DNA from: Verrucomicrobiota bacterium
GTDB lineage: Bacteria > Verrucomicrobiota > Verrucomicrobiia > Limisphaerales > JAXMHQ01
Assembly: GCA_046346665.1 (NCBI GenBank)
Contig: JAXMHQ010000001.1
Location: 131,896 to 195,895, forward strand
Length of the DNA stretch: 64,000 nucleotides
Direction: 5' to 3'
Within the stretch, counting starts at the first letter, position 1; every line of letters starts with the position of its first letter. The notes beneath the pieces were generated by a model. It was not told the DNA's origin and ran no database searches. It saw only the letters and a list, made by a program, of their open reading frames with translations. Of this stretch, positions 35,956-44,004 are shown one piece after another. The position numbers and the translations under genes were made by a program.

Positions 35956-36095
35956 GAGACAGACGTTTTAGCCCGGCGTGATCTTCAATGAACTTTCTTG
36001 AAAAAAGCCGTAACATGGCCACGCTCCAAAGTAAACCCCGGATTCAGGGAACCTGGAAGCGTTAACCACGGATAAACAGAATCGTTGCGCCTTAC

Positions 36096-36285
36096 CCGTC
36101 TCTATGCAGTCGGTTTTCCTGGGGATAAACGCAGAGGCGCGGAGGGCGCAGAGATTCGCAGAGAACTGGCGGCTTTTTCGGGGTCACCGATTGGTGAGCG
36201 ATTTGCCTGACCCATTTCTCTGCGGTCCTCCGCGTCCTCTGCGTCTCTGCGTGAGTTTGAGTTTTTTTGAATTGCATAGAGACGG
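36096..36285. repeat. nested inverted repeats: outer 15-bp pair plus inner word-periodic arms (CGCAGAGG family)
   Basis: Outer ccgtctctatgcagt / attgcatagagacgg. Inner acgcagaggcgcggagggcgcagagattcgcagagaa / ttctctgcggtcctccgcgtcctctgcgtctctgcgt. A T-run (gagttttttt) follows the right inner arm on the plus strand. Confidence 0.8.
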
Positions 36286-36286
36286 C

Positions 36287-36859
36287 TTAGTGCCGCGGCG
36301 GCCGGGAGACCCAGGGGTTGCCGCGGATGTAAAACCTGAGATGGCGGCGCGCCCAGTGGCGGGCGTAATCGACCCCGATCCTGGGGCTGCGACCGATGCG
36401 AAAGGATTCGGAGACGAGCGGTTCGGCGACGAACAAATCGTCGCTGAGCAGGTCGTGGCCATTGAAGCGGAGGTCGATGTCGAGAGCGCGGCAGAGCAAG
36501 GCGGGGCCGCGGGTGTTGGCGGGGAGATTCTCGATGGGTTCCAGGGCCCGGAGCAGGACGGCGGCGGCGTGCCCGGCGGGTTCCGTCACCACGTTCATGC
36601 AATGGTGCATTCCGTAAACGAAATACACATACGCATGACCCGGCGGGCCGAACATGATCCGGGTGCGCGCGGTCAGGCCCCTGGAGGAATGAGCGGCCAG
36701 GTCGTGCGGGCCCAGGTAGGCTTCGACTTCCACGATGCGGCCGACGCGAGCAGCACCGTCAGGGGCGTGCACAAGGCATTTTCCGAGCAAATCCCGCGCG
36801 ACCTGGATTGTGTCGCGGTCGTAAAAACTTCGGGGCAAACGCCGGTCGATCCACTGCAT
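36287..36859 (-). CDS. mpg: DNA-3-methyladenine glycosylase (Mpg/AAG family)
   Basis: LPRSFY.RDT..VARDLLGK.LVH.......GRIVEVEAY.G..D.A.HS..G.T.R...MFGP.GHAYVYF.YGMH.C.NVV is the AAG-family signature. Confidence 0.9.
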   Translation of the reverse strand: MQWIDRRLPRSFYDRDTIQVARDLLGKCLVHAPDGAARVGRIVEVEAYLGPHDLAAHSSRGLTARTRIMFGPPGHAYVYFVYGMHHCMNVVTEPAGHAAAVLLRALEPIENLPANTRGPALLCRALDIDLRFNGHDLLSDDLFVAEPLVSESFRIGRSPRIGVDYARHWARRHLRFYIRGNPWVSRPPRH

Positions 36860-36972
36860 GCGGCAGCATAGTGGAAATCAGGGGGAGCGCCACGCGCGAA
36901 CAGCTTTTGACAGGAGTACGCGTGAGGATTAGTTTCAGCGAAGGGACGAACCCGATGAAAGGATGAATTGTT

Positions 36973-37203
36973 ATGGCTCGTGAATTGCCGAAGATGTCTC
37001 AACAACAGCAGAAAACCATCCGGCCGACGCACGATGAGATTGCCCGGCGCGCCTATGAGATTTTCCTGGAACGCGGGAGCCCGGAAGGCCGGGACCAGGA
37101 GCACTGGTACGCGGCGGAGTCGGAACTTTCGGGTCTGACAGCGGCAAGACAGGCTCGGCCGGCGCCCGCGGCGAAACCGGGTGCTACGGCGCCGCGCAAG
37201 TGA
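36973..37203 (+). CDS. DUF2934 domain protein
   Basis: IARRAYEIFLERGSPEGRDQEHWYAAESEL is the DUF2934 core motif. Confidence 0.7.
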   Translation: MARELPKMSQQQQKTIRPTHDEIARRAYEIFLERGSPEGRDQEHWYAAESELSGLTAARQARPAPAAKPGATAPRK

Positions 37204-37211
37204 AGTGACAA

Positions 37212-38084
37212 TCAGGACCGTTTTTGCGGCAGCAGCAGGGCGAGCCGTTTCCGGGTCCGGGCCGGCCACAAGTCGGGCGCGGTCATGATGGCATTGCGCA
37301 GCGCGTCGTGGCAGGAGCAGCCGGGTTGCTCAGGGATTTTGGGAACGGTGCGTTCCACCATGGCGCGGGCGAGATCGGCGTTTCGGCGCAGATTGGAAAG
37401 CACCATGTCCACCGTGACGTGCGCCTCATCGGCTTTCCAGCAATCGAAATCGGTCACCATGGCCATGGTGGCGTAGGCGATCTCGGCTTCGCGCGCGCAC
37501 TTGGCCTCGCCGAGACTGGTCATCCCGATCACGTCGTAGCCGAGTCGATGGTTCGTCAGGGATTCCGCCCGGGTGGAAAACGCGGGTCCTTCCATGTTCA
37601 CATACGTGCCGCCGTTGTGCACGCGCGCCTTGAGTGAACGGGAGGATTTCAGGAGCAACTGCCGCAGTTCCCGGCAAACCGGTTCCGCGAAAGCGATGTG
37701 CGCCACGATTCCATCGCCGAAAAATGTGTGCGCGGCGGACTGCTTGGTGCGGTCGACGTATTGATCCGGGAGGACGATGTCGCAGGGTCTATAGCGGGCC
37801 TGGAGGGATCCAACGGCACTGATGCTGAGAATCCAGCGCACGCCGAGCTTTCGCATGGCCCAGATGTTGGCGCGATGGTTCAGTTCGCTGGGGAGGATTC
37901 GGTGTCCGCGGCCGTGACGGGGCAGGAACGCCACATCGCGGCCGGCGAGTGTGCCGGTGAGAAAGGCGTCGGACGCTTCCCCGAATGGCGTGCGGACGCG
38001 AATCCATTTCTGGCGCTGGAATCCTTCCAGGTGATACAGACCGCTGCCGCCGATGATTCCGATGCGATGCATTGCCATGGGCAC
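37212..38084 (-). CDS. mtnP: S-methyl-5'-thioadenosine phosphorylase
   Basis: IGIIGGSGLY.........TPFG..S......G..V.FL.RHG.GH...PSE.N.RANI.A....GV and the MT..PE..LARE-like blocks of MTAP/PNP family 2. Confidence 0.9.
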   Translation of the reverse strand: MPMAMHRIGIIGGSGLYHLEGFQRQKWIRVRTPFGEASDAFLTGTLAGRDVAFLPRHGRGHRILPSELNHRANIWAMRKLGVRWILSISAVGSLQARYRPCDIVLPDQYVDRTKQSAAHTFFGDGIVAHIAFAEPVCRELRQLLLKSSRSLKARVHNGGTYVNMEGPAFSTRAESLTNHRLGYDVIGMTSLGEAKCAREAEIAYATMAMVTDFDCWKADEAHVTVDMVLSNLRRNADLARAMVERTVPKIPEQPGCSCHDALRNAIMTAPDLWPARTRKRLALLLPQKRS

Positions 38085-38118
38085 GGTATAAGGACGGGAG
38101 GGAGAGCTGGCGAGAACT

Positions 38119-38805
38119 TTATGGATGGCAGCAGGAGCCTGAGCCGCTGGTGAGAACGGGGCTGACGTAGGGGATGCCGAGGGCGAGTCCGCGCAGGATG
38201 AGCAGGACGGCGAGGACCACCACGGTGGCGGGGACGGCCTTCAGCAGTTTCAACCGGACGGTGGCGGGCACGAGCCGGCCGGAGAGGCCGATGGCGAGCA
38301 TCATGGGGAAAGTGCCGAGTCCGAACAGGATCATGTAGAGCGCGCCGTCGAGGATGCCGCCGGTGCTGGTGGCGGCGGTGGCGGCGACGTAGACCAGTCC
38401 GCACGGGAGCAGGCCGTTGAGCAGGCCGAGCAGGCCGAGAGAGGCCAGGGTGCGTTCGCGCAGGAGGCGGGCGAAGGTGGATTTCAAGGCGGCGACGAAG
38501 CGGCTGACGGGGACTGCGGCGGCGAGTTTGCGGGAGGCGAACAGGCCGGCGAGCAGGGCGGCGCCGAGGGTGATGGAAAGCCATTGTTGAACCCCGGCGA
38601 GAACGAAGCTGCGGCCCAGCAGGCCGAAGACAAGACCCAGCGCGGCGTAGGTGGCGAGCCGGCCGAGATTGTAGGCGATTCGTCCCGCGACAAATCCGGT
38701 GCGCGACCCGGCGCCGGCGGGAAGCGCCAGCGCAAGCGGCCCGCACATGCCGGCGCAGTGCAGGCTGCCAAGGAATCCCAGGATGAATGCCGTCCACAAT
38801 GCCAT
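38119..38805 (-). CDS. DsbD_2 / TauE-SafE-like membrane protein commonly found at the end of cbb3 oxidase clusters
   Basis: N-terminal GSLHCAGMCGP motif and a 6-TM profile. Last gene of the cco cluster. Confidence 0.75.
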   Translation of the reverse strand: MALWTAFILGFLGSLHCAGMCGPLALALPAGAGSRTGFVAGRIAYNLGRLATYAALGLVFGLLGRSFVLAGVQQWLSITLGAALLAGLFASRKLAAAVPVSRFVAALKSTFARLLRERTLASLGLLGLLNGLLPCGLVYVAATAATSTGGILDGALYMILFGLGTFPMMLAIGLSGRLVPATVRLKLLKAVPATVVVLAVLLILRGLALGIPYVSPVLTSGSGSCCHP

Positions 38806-38815
38806 AAGGTGCGGA

Positions 38816-39325
38816 TCAGTTTGTGGCGCGGGGGGCGACGGGGTTCAGCCGGGCCTGGAGGCTCGGCGGGCCAAGCACGATTTTCTGGCCGTGAAAATAC
38901 TCCACGCCGGCCACGGTCCAGGTGATGCCGATTTGCCAGAGGCCGCGCGGCAGGCTGGAGACGTCGATCGTCTGCCGGCCATCGGGCCCGGGTACGAGCG
39001 CGACCTGCCGGTCCAGGCCGGCCGCGGCGGGGCGGTAGAGGACGATTTCGCCGGTGACGGGTTTCGCGGCATGTTCGGGCGGGAGCGTGAAGAGCACGGC
39101 GCGAGTGCTGTCGTCGTAGGCAACGCGGGCCGGGGTGGCGAGACTGGCGGCGCGTTTCTGGCTGTCGATGCGCGACTGGAACCGGATTTCCTGGTCGTAA
39201 TAATTGGCGGCGACCAGTTCGGATTTATGGGTGCAGGCGAGCCAGGCGCAGACGCCGATGCCGCTGAGGTAGAACACGCAGCCGGCGACAATGCCGAGGG
39301 GCCACCAGGATCGGGATGTTTTCAT
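38816..39325 (-). CDS. FixH/CcoH-like protein
   Basis: W.WPLGIVAG TM anchor followed by NYYDQEIRFQ..ID, typical of FixH. Located directly after ccoG. The start is at internal ATG 39325. Confidence 0.75.
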   Translation of the reverse strand: MKTSRSWWPLGIVAGCVFYLSGIGVCAWLACTHKSELVAANYYDQEIRFQSRIDSQKRAASLATPARVAYDDSTRAVLFTLPPEHAAKPVTGEIVLYRPAAAGLDRQVALVPGPDGRQTIDVSSLPRGLWQIGITWTVAGVEYFHGQKIVLGPPSLQARLNPVAPRATN

Positions 39326-39332
39326 GGATTGA

Positions 39333-40796
39333 TCAGAAGGAATCATCGCGCGGGCCGATGAAGGCGGATTTGACCGTGCCGATTTTTCGGTTGCCGGAAT
39401 AGACGCCGATGACGAGCGGCGTGGTGCCGCGCTGCATGTCGGCGCGGTTGAGTTGAACCAGCAGCGAGGTTTCGACCAGCTTTTCGCCGGGAACGACGAT
39501 GTCCTGTCCGAGCACCTGGAGTTCGCCGGCGGGGGATTCGAGCTTGAGCTGGACCGGGAGGGTGTGGCTGGTTTTGTTGACCACTTTGACCGTGTAAAGA
39601 TTGCTGAACCGGCCGTCGGGCATTTGCTGGAACAGGGCGCCCTGGGCGCGGAGGACGACGGCTTCGACGTCGGGCCGGGTGAAAACGAGGACGGACCAGA
39701 GGGCGATCAGGGCGGCGAGCACGACGCAGTAGCCGGCCATGCGCGGGGTCCAGCGGAGCGGTTCGCCGCGTTCGATGCCGTTGAGCGACGCGAACCGGAC
39801 GAGGCCGCGGGGGCGGCCGACCCGGTCCATGACTTCGTCGCAGGCGTCGATGCAGGCGGTGCAGTTGACGCATTCCATCTGGGTGCCGTTGCGGATGTCG
39901 ATGCCGGTGGGGCAGACGACGACGCAGCGGTGGCAATCCACGCAATCGCCCACGCCGGAGGCGCGCCGGCTTTCCGGGGTTTCATCGCGGCGAAGTGTCC
40001 CGCGCAGTTCGCCGCGTTTATAATCATAGGCGACGACGATGGTGTTTTCATCCATCACCGTGGCCTGGTGGCGGCCGTAGGGGCAGATGAAGGTGCAGGC
40101 CTGTTCGCGGAACCGGGCGAAGATGCCGTAGAACACGAGCGAGAACAGGACCATGAAGGTGAGGCCGGTGAGGTGATTGGCGGGGTTGTCGGTGACGATG
40201 CGGTAGAGCTGTTCCGTGCCGATGATGTAGGCGAGGAGGGTGTTTCCGACGAGGAACGAGAGCGCGAAGAAGAGGATGTGCTTTGCGGATTTCTTGAGGA
40301 TTTTTTCCGCGTTCCACGGGGCGCCGGCGAGGCGGCGCTGTTCGGGCGCATCGCCTTCGATGGCGTATTCGATCTTTCGAAACACCATTTCCATGAGGAC
40401 CGTTTGCGGACAAGTCCAACCGCACCAGATGCGGCCGAAAGCGGCGGTGAAAATGAGGATGCCGGTGACGAAGATGAGGAGTGTAACCGCGGTGATCACC
40501 ATGTCCTGGGGCCAGAAAATGTGGCCGAGGATGATGAACTTGCGCTCGATGACGTTGAGAAGGAGCAGCGGGTTCCCGTTGATTCGGACAAACGGCCCGA
40601 CGAACATGATCGCGAGCAAAAACCAGCTCACCCAGGTGCGGGCGCGGTAAAATCGGCCGCTGGGCCTGCGGGGGTAGAGCCACATGCGGCGCCCCTCCCG
40701 GTCGGCCGTGGAAAGGTGGTTCCGGTAATCCTGCCAGTCTTCCGCGGGTGCGGCGGCGGGCTTTGCGGGCGGCGTGGGATCGATGTCGGTGCTCAT
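39333..40796 (-). CDS. ccoG: cytochrome c oxidase accessory protein CcoG/FixG (polyferredoxin)
   Basis: RFYRARTWVSW N-terminal pattern, CGW.CPQT, two ferredoxin clusters CVDCHRCVVVCPTG and CVNCTACIDAC, C-terminal IPT-like domain. Confidence 0.9.
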   Translation of the reverse strand: MSTDIDPTPPAKPAAAPAEDWQDYRNHLSTADREGRRMWLYPRRPSGRFYRARTWVSWFLLAIMFVGPFVRINGNPLLLLNVIERKFIILGHIFWPQDMVITAVTLLIFVTGILIFTAAFGRIWCGWTCPQTVLMEMVFRKIEYAIEGDAPEQRRLAGAPWNAEKILKKSAKHILFFALSFLVGNTLLAYIIGTEQLYRIVTDNPANHLTGLTFMVLFSLVFYGIFARFREQACTFICPYGRHQATVMDENTIVVAYDYKRGELRGTLRRDETPESRRASGVGDCVDCHRCVVVCPTGIDIRNGTQMECVNCTACIDACDEVMDRVGRPRGLVRFASLNGIERGEPLRWTPRMAGYCVVLAALIALWSVLVFTRPDVEAVVLRAQGALFQQMPDGRFSNLYTVKVVNKTSHTLPVQLKLESPAGELQVLGQDIVVPGEKLVETSLLVQLNRADMQRGTTPLVIGVYSGNRKIGTVKSAFIGPRDDSF

Positions 40797-40844
40797 GTCG
40801 GGGGCGGGACCGGCGCGTGCCCTTGCGCGCCGGTCCGTGCAAGC

Positions 40845-41432
40845 CTATTCGAACTGGCTGGGGCCGGTGTTTACCGGCGCCTGGTTTTCCGGCGGCTTCG
40901 GATTTTTCGGGTTGGTGCCGCGCAGGGTGTAGATGTAGCTGGCCACGGCCCTGATCTGGTCGGGATTCAGGTAGTTTTTCCAGGTAATCATGCCCTTCGC
41001 CGGCACGCCGTTCCAGATGGTGGTGACGTTGTCGGTGAAGTTGGAGCCGTGGATCCAGTAATCGTCGCACAGGTTCGGCCCCACCAATCCGCCGCCGTCG
41101 GCCCGGTGACACGGGGCGCAGCGGGTGACGAAGATGGATTTGCCCTCGTCGAGGGCGGCGGGATCCTTGACCGGGGTGAGCGTCGGGATGCCGGCTTCGA
41201 ACTTGGTCATGGCGGCGGCCTTCACCTCGGCGCCGCGGGCCATTTCCTTGCGGTACTCGGCGGCGCTGAGATCGCCGGCGTGCAGCAGGTGGAAATAGCC
41301 GAGGTAAAACGCGGCAAACACGATGGTGATGTTGAAGAGCCACACCCACCAGCGGGGCAGCTTGTTGTCGAGCTCGCGAATGCCGTCCACTTCATGGTCG
41401 AGCAGCAGCGGGTCCTGTTCGTTCTTATTCAT
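40845..41432 (-). CDS. ccoP: cbb3-type cytochrome c oxidase subunit CcoP-like (FixP_N domain, single heme c site seen)
   Basis: DGIRELDNKLPRWW (FixP N-terminal motif). Only one CxxCH (CAPCH) is visible, so it is a monoheme variant. Confidence 0.85.
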   Translation of the reverse strand: MNKNEQDPLLLDHEVDGIRELDNKLPRWWVWLFNITIVFAAFYLGYFHLLHAGDLSAAEYRKEMARGAEVKAAAMTKFEAGIPTLTPVKDPAALDEGKSIFVTRCAPCHRADGGGLVGPNLCDDYWIHGSNFTDNVTTIWNGVPAKGMITWKNYLNPDQIRAVASYIYTLRGTNPKNPKPPENQAPVNTGPSQFE

Positions 41433-41634
41433 GGCGCGTATCGTCAGGGTTGGAGGTTTGGGCGTGCTCGACCAGACTGTCGTCCAGAGGGAGCACTTTC
41501 ATCGAATTCACATAACTTTTCTTGAGCCGGAACACCCAAACGAGCATTCCGATGAAGCAGCCGAAGAATAGCAGGATCGAAAACACCCCGATGGTGTCGA
41601 CCTGCTCCAGGTGTTCCACAACGTTCTTGATCAT
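41425..41634 (-). CDS. ccoQ: CcoQ/FixQ-like small membrane subunit
   Basis: 69 aa with a single TM (IGVFSILLFFGCFIGMLVWVF). Located between ccoNO and ccoP and overlaps the ccoP start. Confidence 0.6.
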   Translation of the reverse strand: MIKNVVEHLEQVDTIGVFSILLFFGCFIGMLVWVFRLKKSYVNSMKVLPLDDSLVEHAQTSNPDDTRHE

Positions 41635-41641
41635 GGTCGCC

Positions 41642-43825
41642 TCACTGGGGGTTGACCGACGCGGTGCCGGCGGTGGGAGCGGGCGCCGCGGGCGCTGTCT
41701 TGATGTCCGTCCCGAGCCGCTGCAAATAGGCGATCAGGGCGATGATTTCCCGGTCGGACTTCGCCGTCACGGACCCGGCCTTGAGGTTCGCCACCACTTT
41801 TTCCTGCTGGGCGGCGAGTTCCTTCTGCGCGGCGCCGTCTTCATAGCCGGTGGGGTAAGGCACGCCCACCTTGCGCAGCGCGCGAATGCGGGCCGACAGG
41901 ACGTCGGTGTTCAGCTTGTCCGTCAACAACCACGGGAAGCGCGGCATGATCGATCCCGGCGACGTGGAGCGCGGGTCGTCCATGTGATTGTAGTGCCACG
42001 CGTCGGGATACTTGCCCCCGATGCGCTGCAAATCGGGCCCGGTGCGCTTGGAACCCCACAGGAACGGATGATCGTAGACGAACTCGCCGGCCTTGGAGTA
42101 ATCGCCATAGCGCTCGGTTTCGGACCGGAACGGGCGGATCATCTGGGAATGGCAGCCGACGCAGCCTTCGCGGATGTAGATATCGCGGCCGAGGAGCTCG
42201 AGCGGCGTGTACGGTGTGACCGAGGTGATGGTGGGGATGTTGGATTTGACGAGGAACAGGGGGAGGATTTCGACCATGCCGCCGATGGCGACGGCGACGA
42301 AGGCGAGCACGGTGAAGAAGAGCGGTTTGCCTTCGAGCCAGCGGTGGCCGTGCCATTTGCTGTGAGGCGCGGCGGCGCCCGCGGCATGTTCGGGCGCGGC
42401 CACGGCCGCCTGGGCCTGTTCCTCGGGCAGGAACTGTCCGCTGCGCGCGGTCATGTAAAGGTTCACAACCATCATAAGCGCACCGGCAATGTAGAGGGAT
42501 CCGCCGATGGCGCGGAGTTCATACATCGGGATGATGTGCAGGACCGTGTCGAGGAAGTTTGGATACAGCAGGAAACCGTCCGCGTTGAACTGTTTCCACA
42601 TGAGGCCCTGGGTGACGCCGGAGGCATACATGGCGATGACGTAGAAGGCGATTCCGAGCAGGCCGGTCCAGAAATGGTAATTGGCCAGCTTGACCGACCA
42701 GAGGCGGGTGCGGTAGAGGCGCGGGAAGAGCCAGTAGAGCAGCGAGAAGGTCAGGAACCCGTTCCAGCCGAGCGCGCCGTTATGCACGTGGCCGATGCCC
42801 CAGTCGGTGTAGTGGGAAAGGGAGTTGACGGATTTGATGGACATCAGGGGTCCTTCGAGGGTGGCCATGCCGTAGGCGGTGACGGCGACGACCATGAACT
42901 TGAGCATGGGTTCCTCGCGGAGCTTGTTCCAGGCGCCGCGGAGGGTGAGCAGGCCGTTGAGCATGCCGCCCCAGGACGGCGCGATGAGCATGAGGGAGAA
43001 GACCATGCCGAGCGACTGCGCCCAGTCGGGGAGCGCGGTGTAGATCAGGTGGTGCGGCCCGGCCCAGATGTAGAGGAAAATCAGGGCCCAGAAATGGATG
43101 ATCGACAACCGGTAGCTGAACACCGGCCGGCCGGAGGCTTTGGGGAGGAAATAATACATCAGGCCGAGGTAAGGCGTGGTGAGGAAAAACGCGACGGCGT
43201 TGTGGCCGTACCACCATTGGACGAGGGCGTCCTGGACGCCGGCGTAGGCGGAGTAGCTCTTCCAGAGGCCGGCCGGCATTTCCATCGAATTGAAGATGTG
43301 CAGCATCGCGACCGTGAGGGCACTGGCGATGTAGAACCAGATGGCGACATACATGTGCTTCTCGCGCCGGACCGCCACCGTGCCGAGTAGGTTCACCGTG
43401 AACGCCACCCAGACAACCGCGATGGCGATGTCGATCGGCCATTCCAGTTCCGCGTATTCCTTGCTGCTGGTGATGCCCAGCGGAAGGGTGAGCGCGGCGG
43501 AGACGATGATTAATTGCCAGCCCCAGAAATTGAACCAGCTCAGGAAATCGCTGAACATCCGCGCCCGGCACAGGCGCTGGAGGGAATAGTAAATGCCCAT
43601 GAACATGCCGTTGCCCACGAACGCGAAGATCACCGCGTTGGTGTGCAGCGGCCGCAGCCGGCTGAAGGTGGTGTAAGGCAGGTTCAGGTTCAGCGCCGGG
43701 AAAAACAGCTGGCAGGCGATCAGCAGCCCGACACTGAATCCCACGATGCCCCACACGACCGTGGCGATCGCGAAGGCGCGGACGATTCGATTATCGTATT
43801 TAAACGTCTCTACGTTGGTGTTCAT
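41642..43825 (-). CDS. ccoNO: cbb3-type cytochrome c oxidase, fused subunits I and II (CcoN-CcoO)
   Basis: 727 aa. Heme-copper oxidase core (HFWALIFLYIW.GPHH, WGIGHVHNGALGW), then the CcoO part with CVGCHSQMIRPF heme c site. Confidence 0.95.
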   Translation of the reverse strand: MNTNVETFKYDNRIVRAFAIATVVWGIVGFSVGLLIACQLFFPALNLNLPYTTFSRLRPLHTNAVIFAFVGNGMFMGIYYSLQRLCRARMFSDFLSWFNFWGWQLIIVSAALTLPLGITSSKEYAELEWPIDIAIAVVWVAFTVNLLGTVAVRREKHMYVAIWFYIASALTVAMLHIFNSMEMPAGLWKSYSAYAGVQDALVQWWYGHNAVAFFLTTPYLGLMYYFLPKASGRPVFSYRLSIIHFWALIFLYIWAGPHHLIYTALPDWAQSLGMVFSLMLIAPSWGGMLNGLLTLRGAWNKLREEPMLKFMVVAVTAYGMATLEGPLMSIKSVNSLSHYTDWGIGHVHNGALGWNGFLTFSLLYWLFPRLYRTRLWSVKLANYHFWTGLLGIAFYVIAMYASGVTQGLMWKQFNADGFLLYPNFLDTVLHIIPMYELRAIGGSLYIAGALMMVVNLYMTARSGQFLPEEQAQAAVAAPEHAAGAAAPHSKWHGHRWLEGKPLFFTVLAFVAVAIGGMVEILPLFLVKSNIPTITSVTPYTPLELLGRDIYIREGCVGCHSQMIRPFRSETERYGDYSKAGEFVYDHPFLWGSKRTGPDLQRIGGKYPDAWHYNHMDDPRSTSPGSIMPRFPWLLTDKLNTDVLSARIRALRKVGVPYPTGYEDGAAQKELAAQQEKVVANLKAGSVTAKSDREIIALIAYLQRLGTDIKTAPAAPAPTAGTASVNPQ

Positions 43826-44004
43826 GGTTGGTTCTTCGGTTCCGATTCAACGGCAGGCTTCGGCGACTCCTCCTCCATCAGGACCCGGAGGGCCGGCGTG
43901 GAGATGTCTTCAAACTGGCCGCTCCGCGCGGCCCAAATGAATGCAAACAGAAATAAGACGGCCATGCCCAGGCTGGCCAAAATCAAAATCACAATCACGC
44001 TCAT
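43822..44004 (-). CDS. ccoS: cbb3 oxidase maturation protein CcoS
   Basis: MSVIVILILASLGMAVLFLFAFIWAARSGQFED is the CcoS signature. ATGA overlap with the ccoI stop. Confidence 0.8.
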   Translation of the reverse strand: MSVIVILILASLGMAVLFLFAFIWAARSGQFEDISTPALRVLMEEESPKPAVESEPKNQP

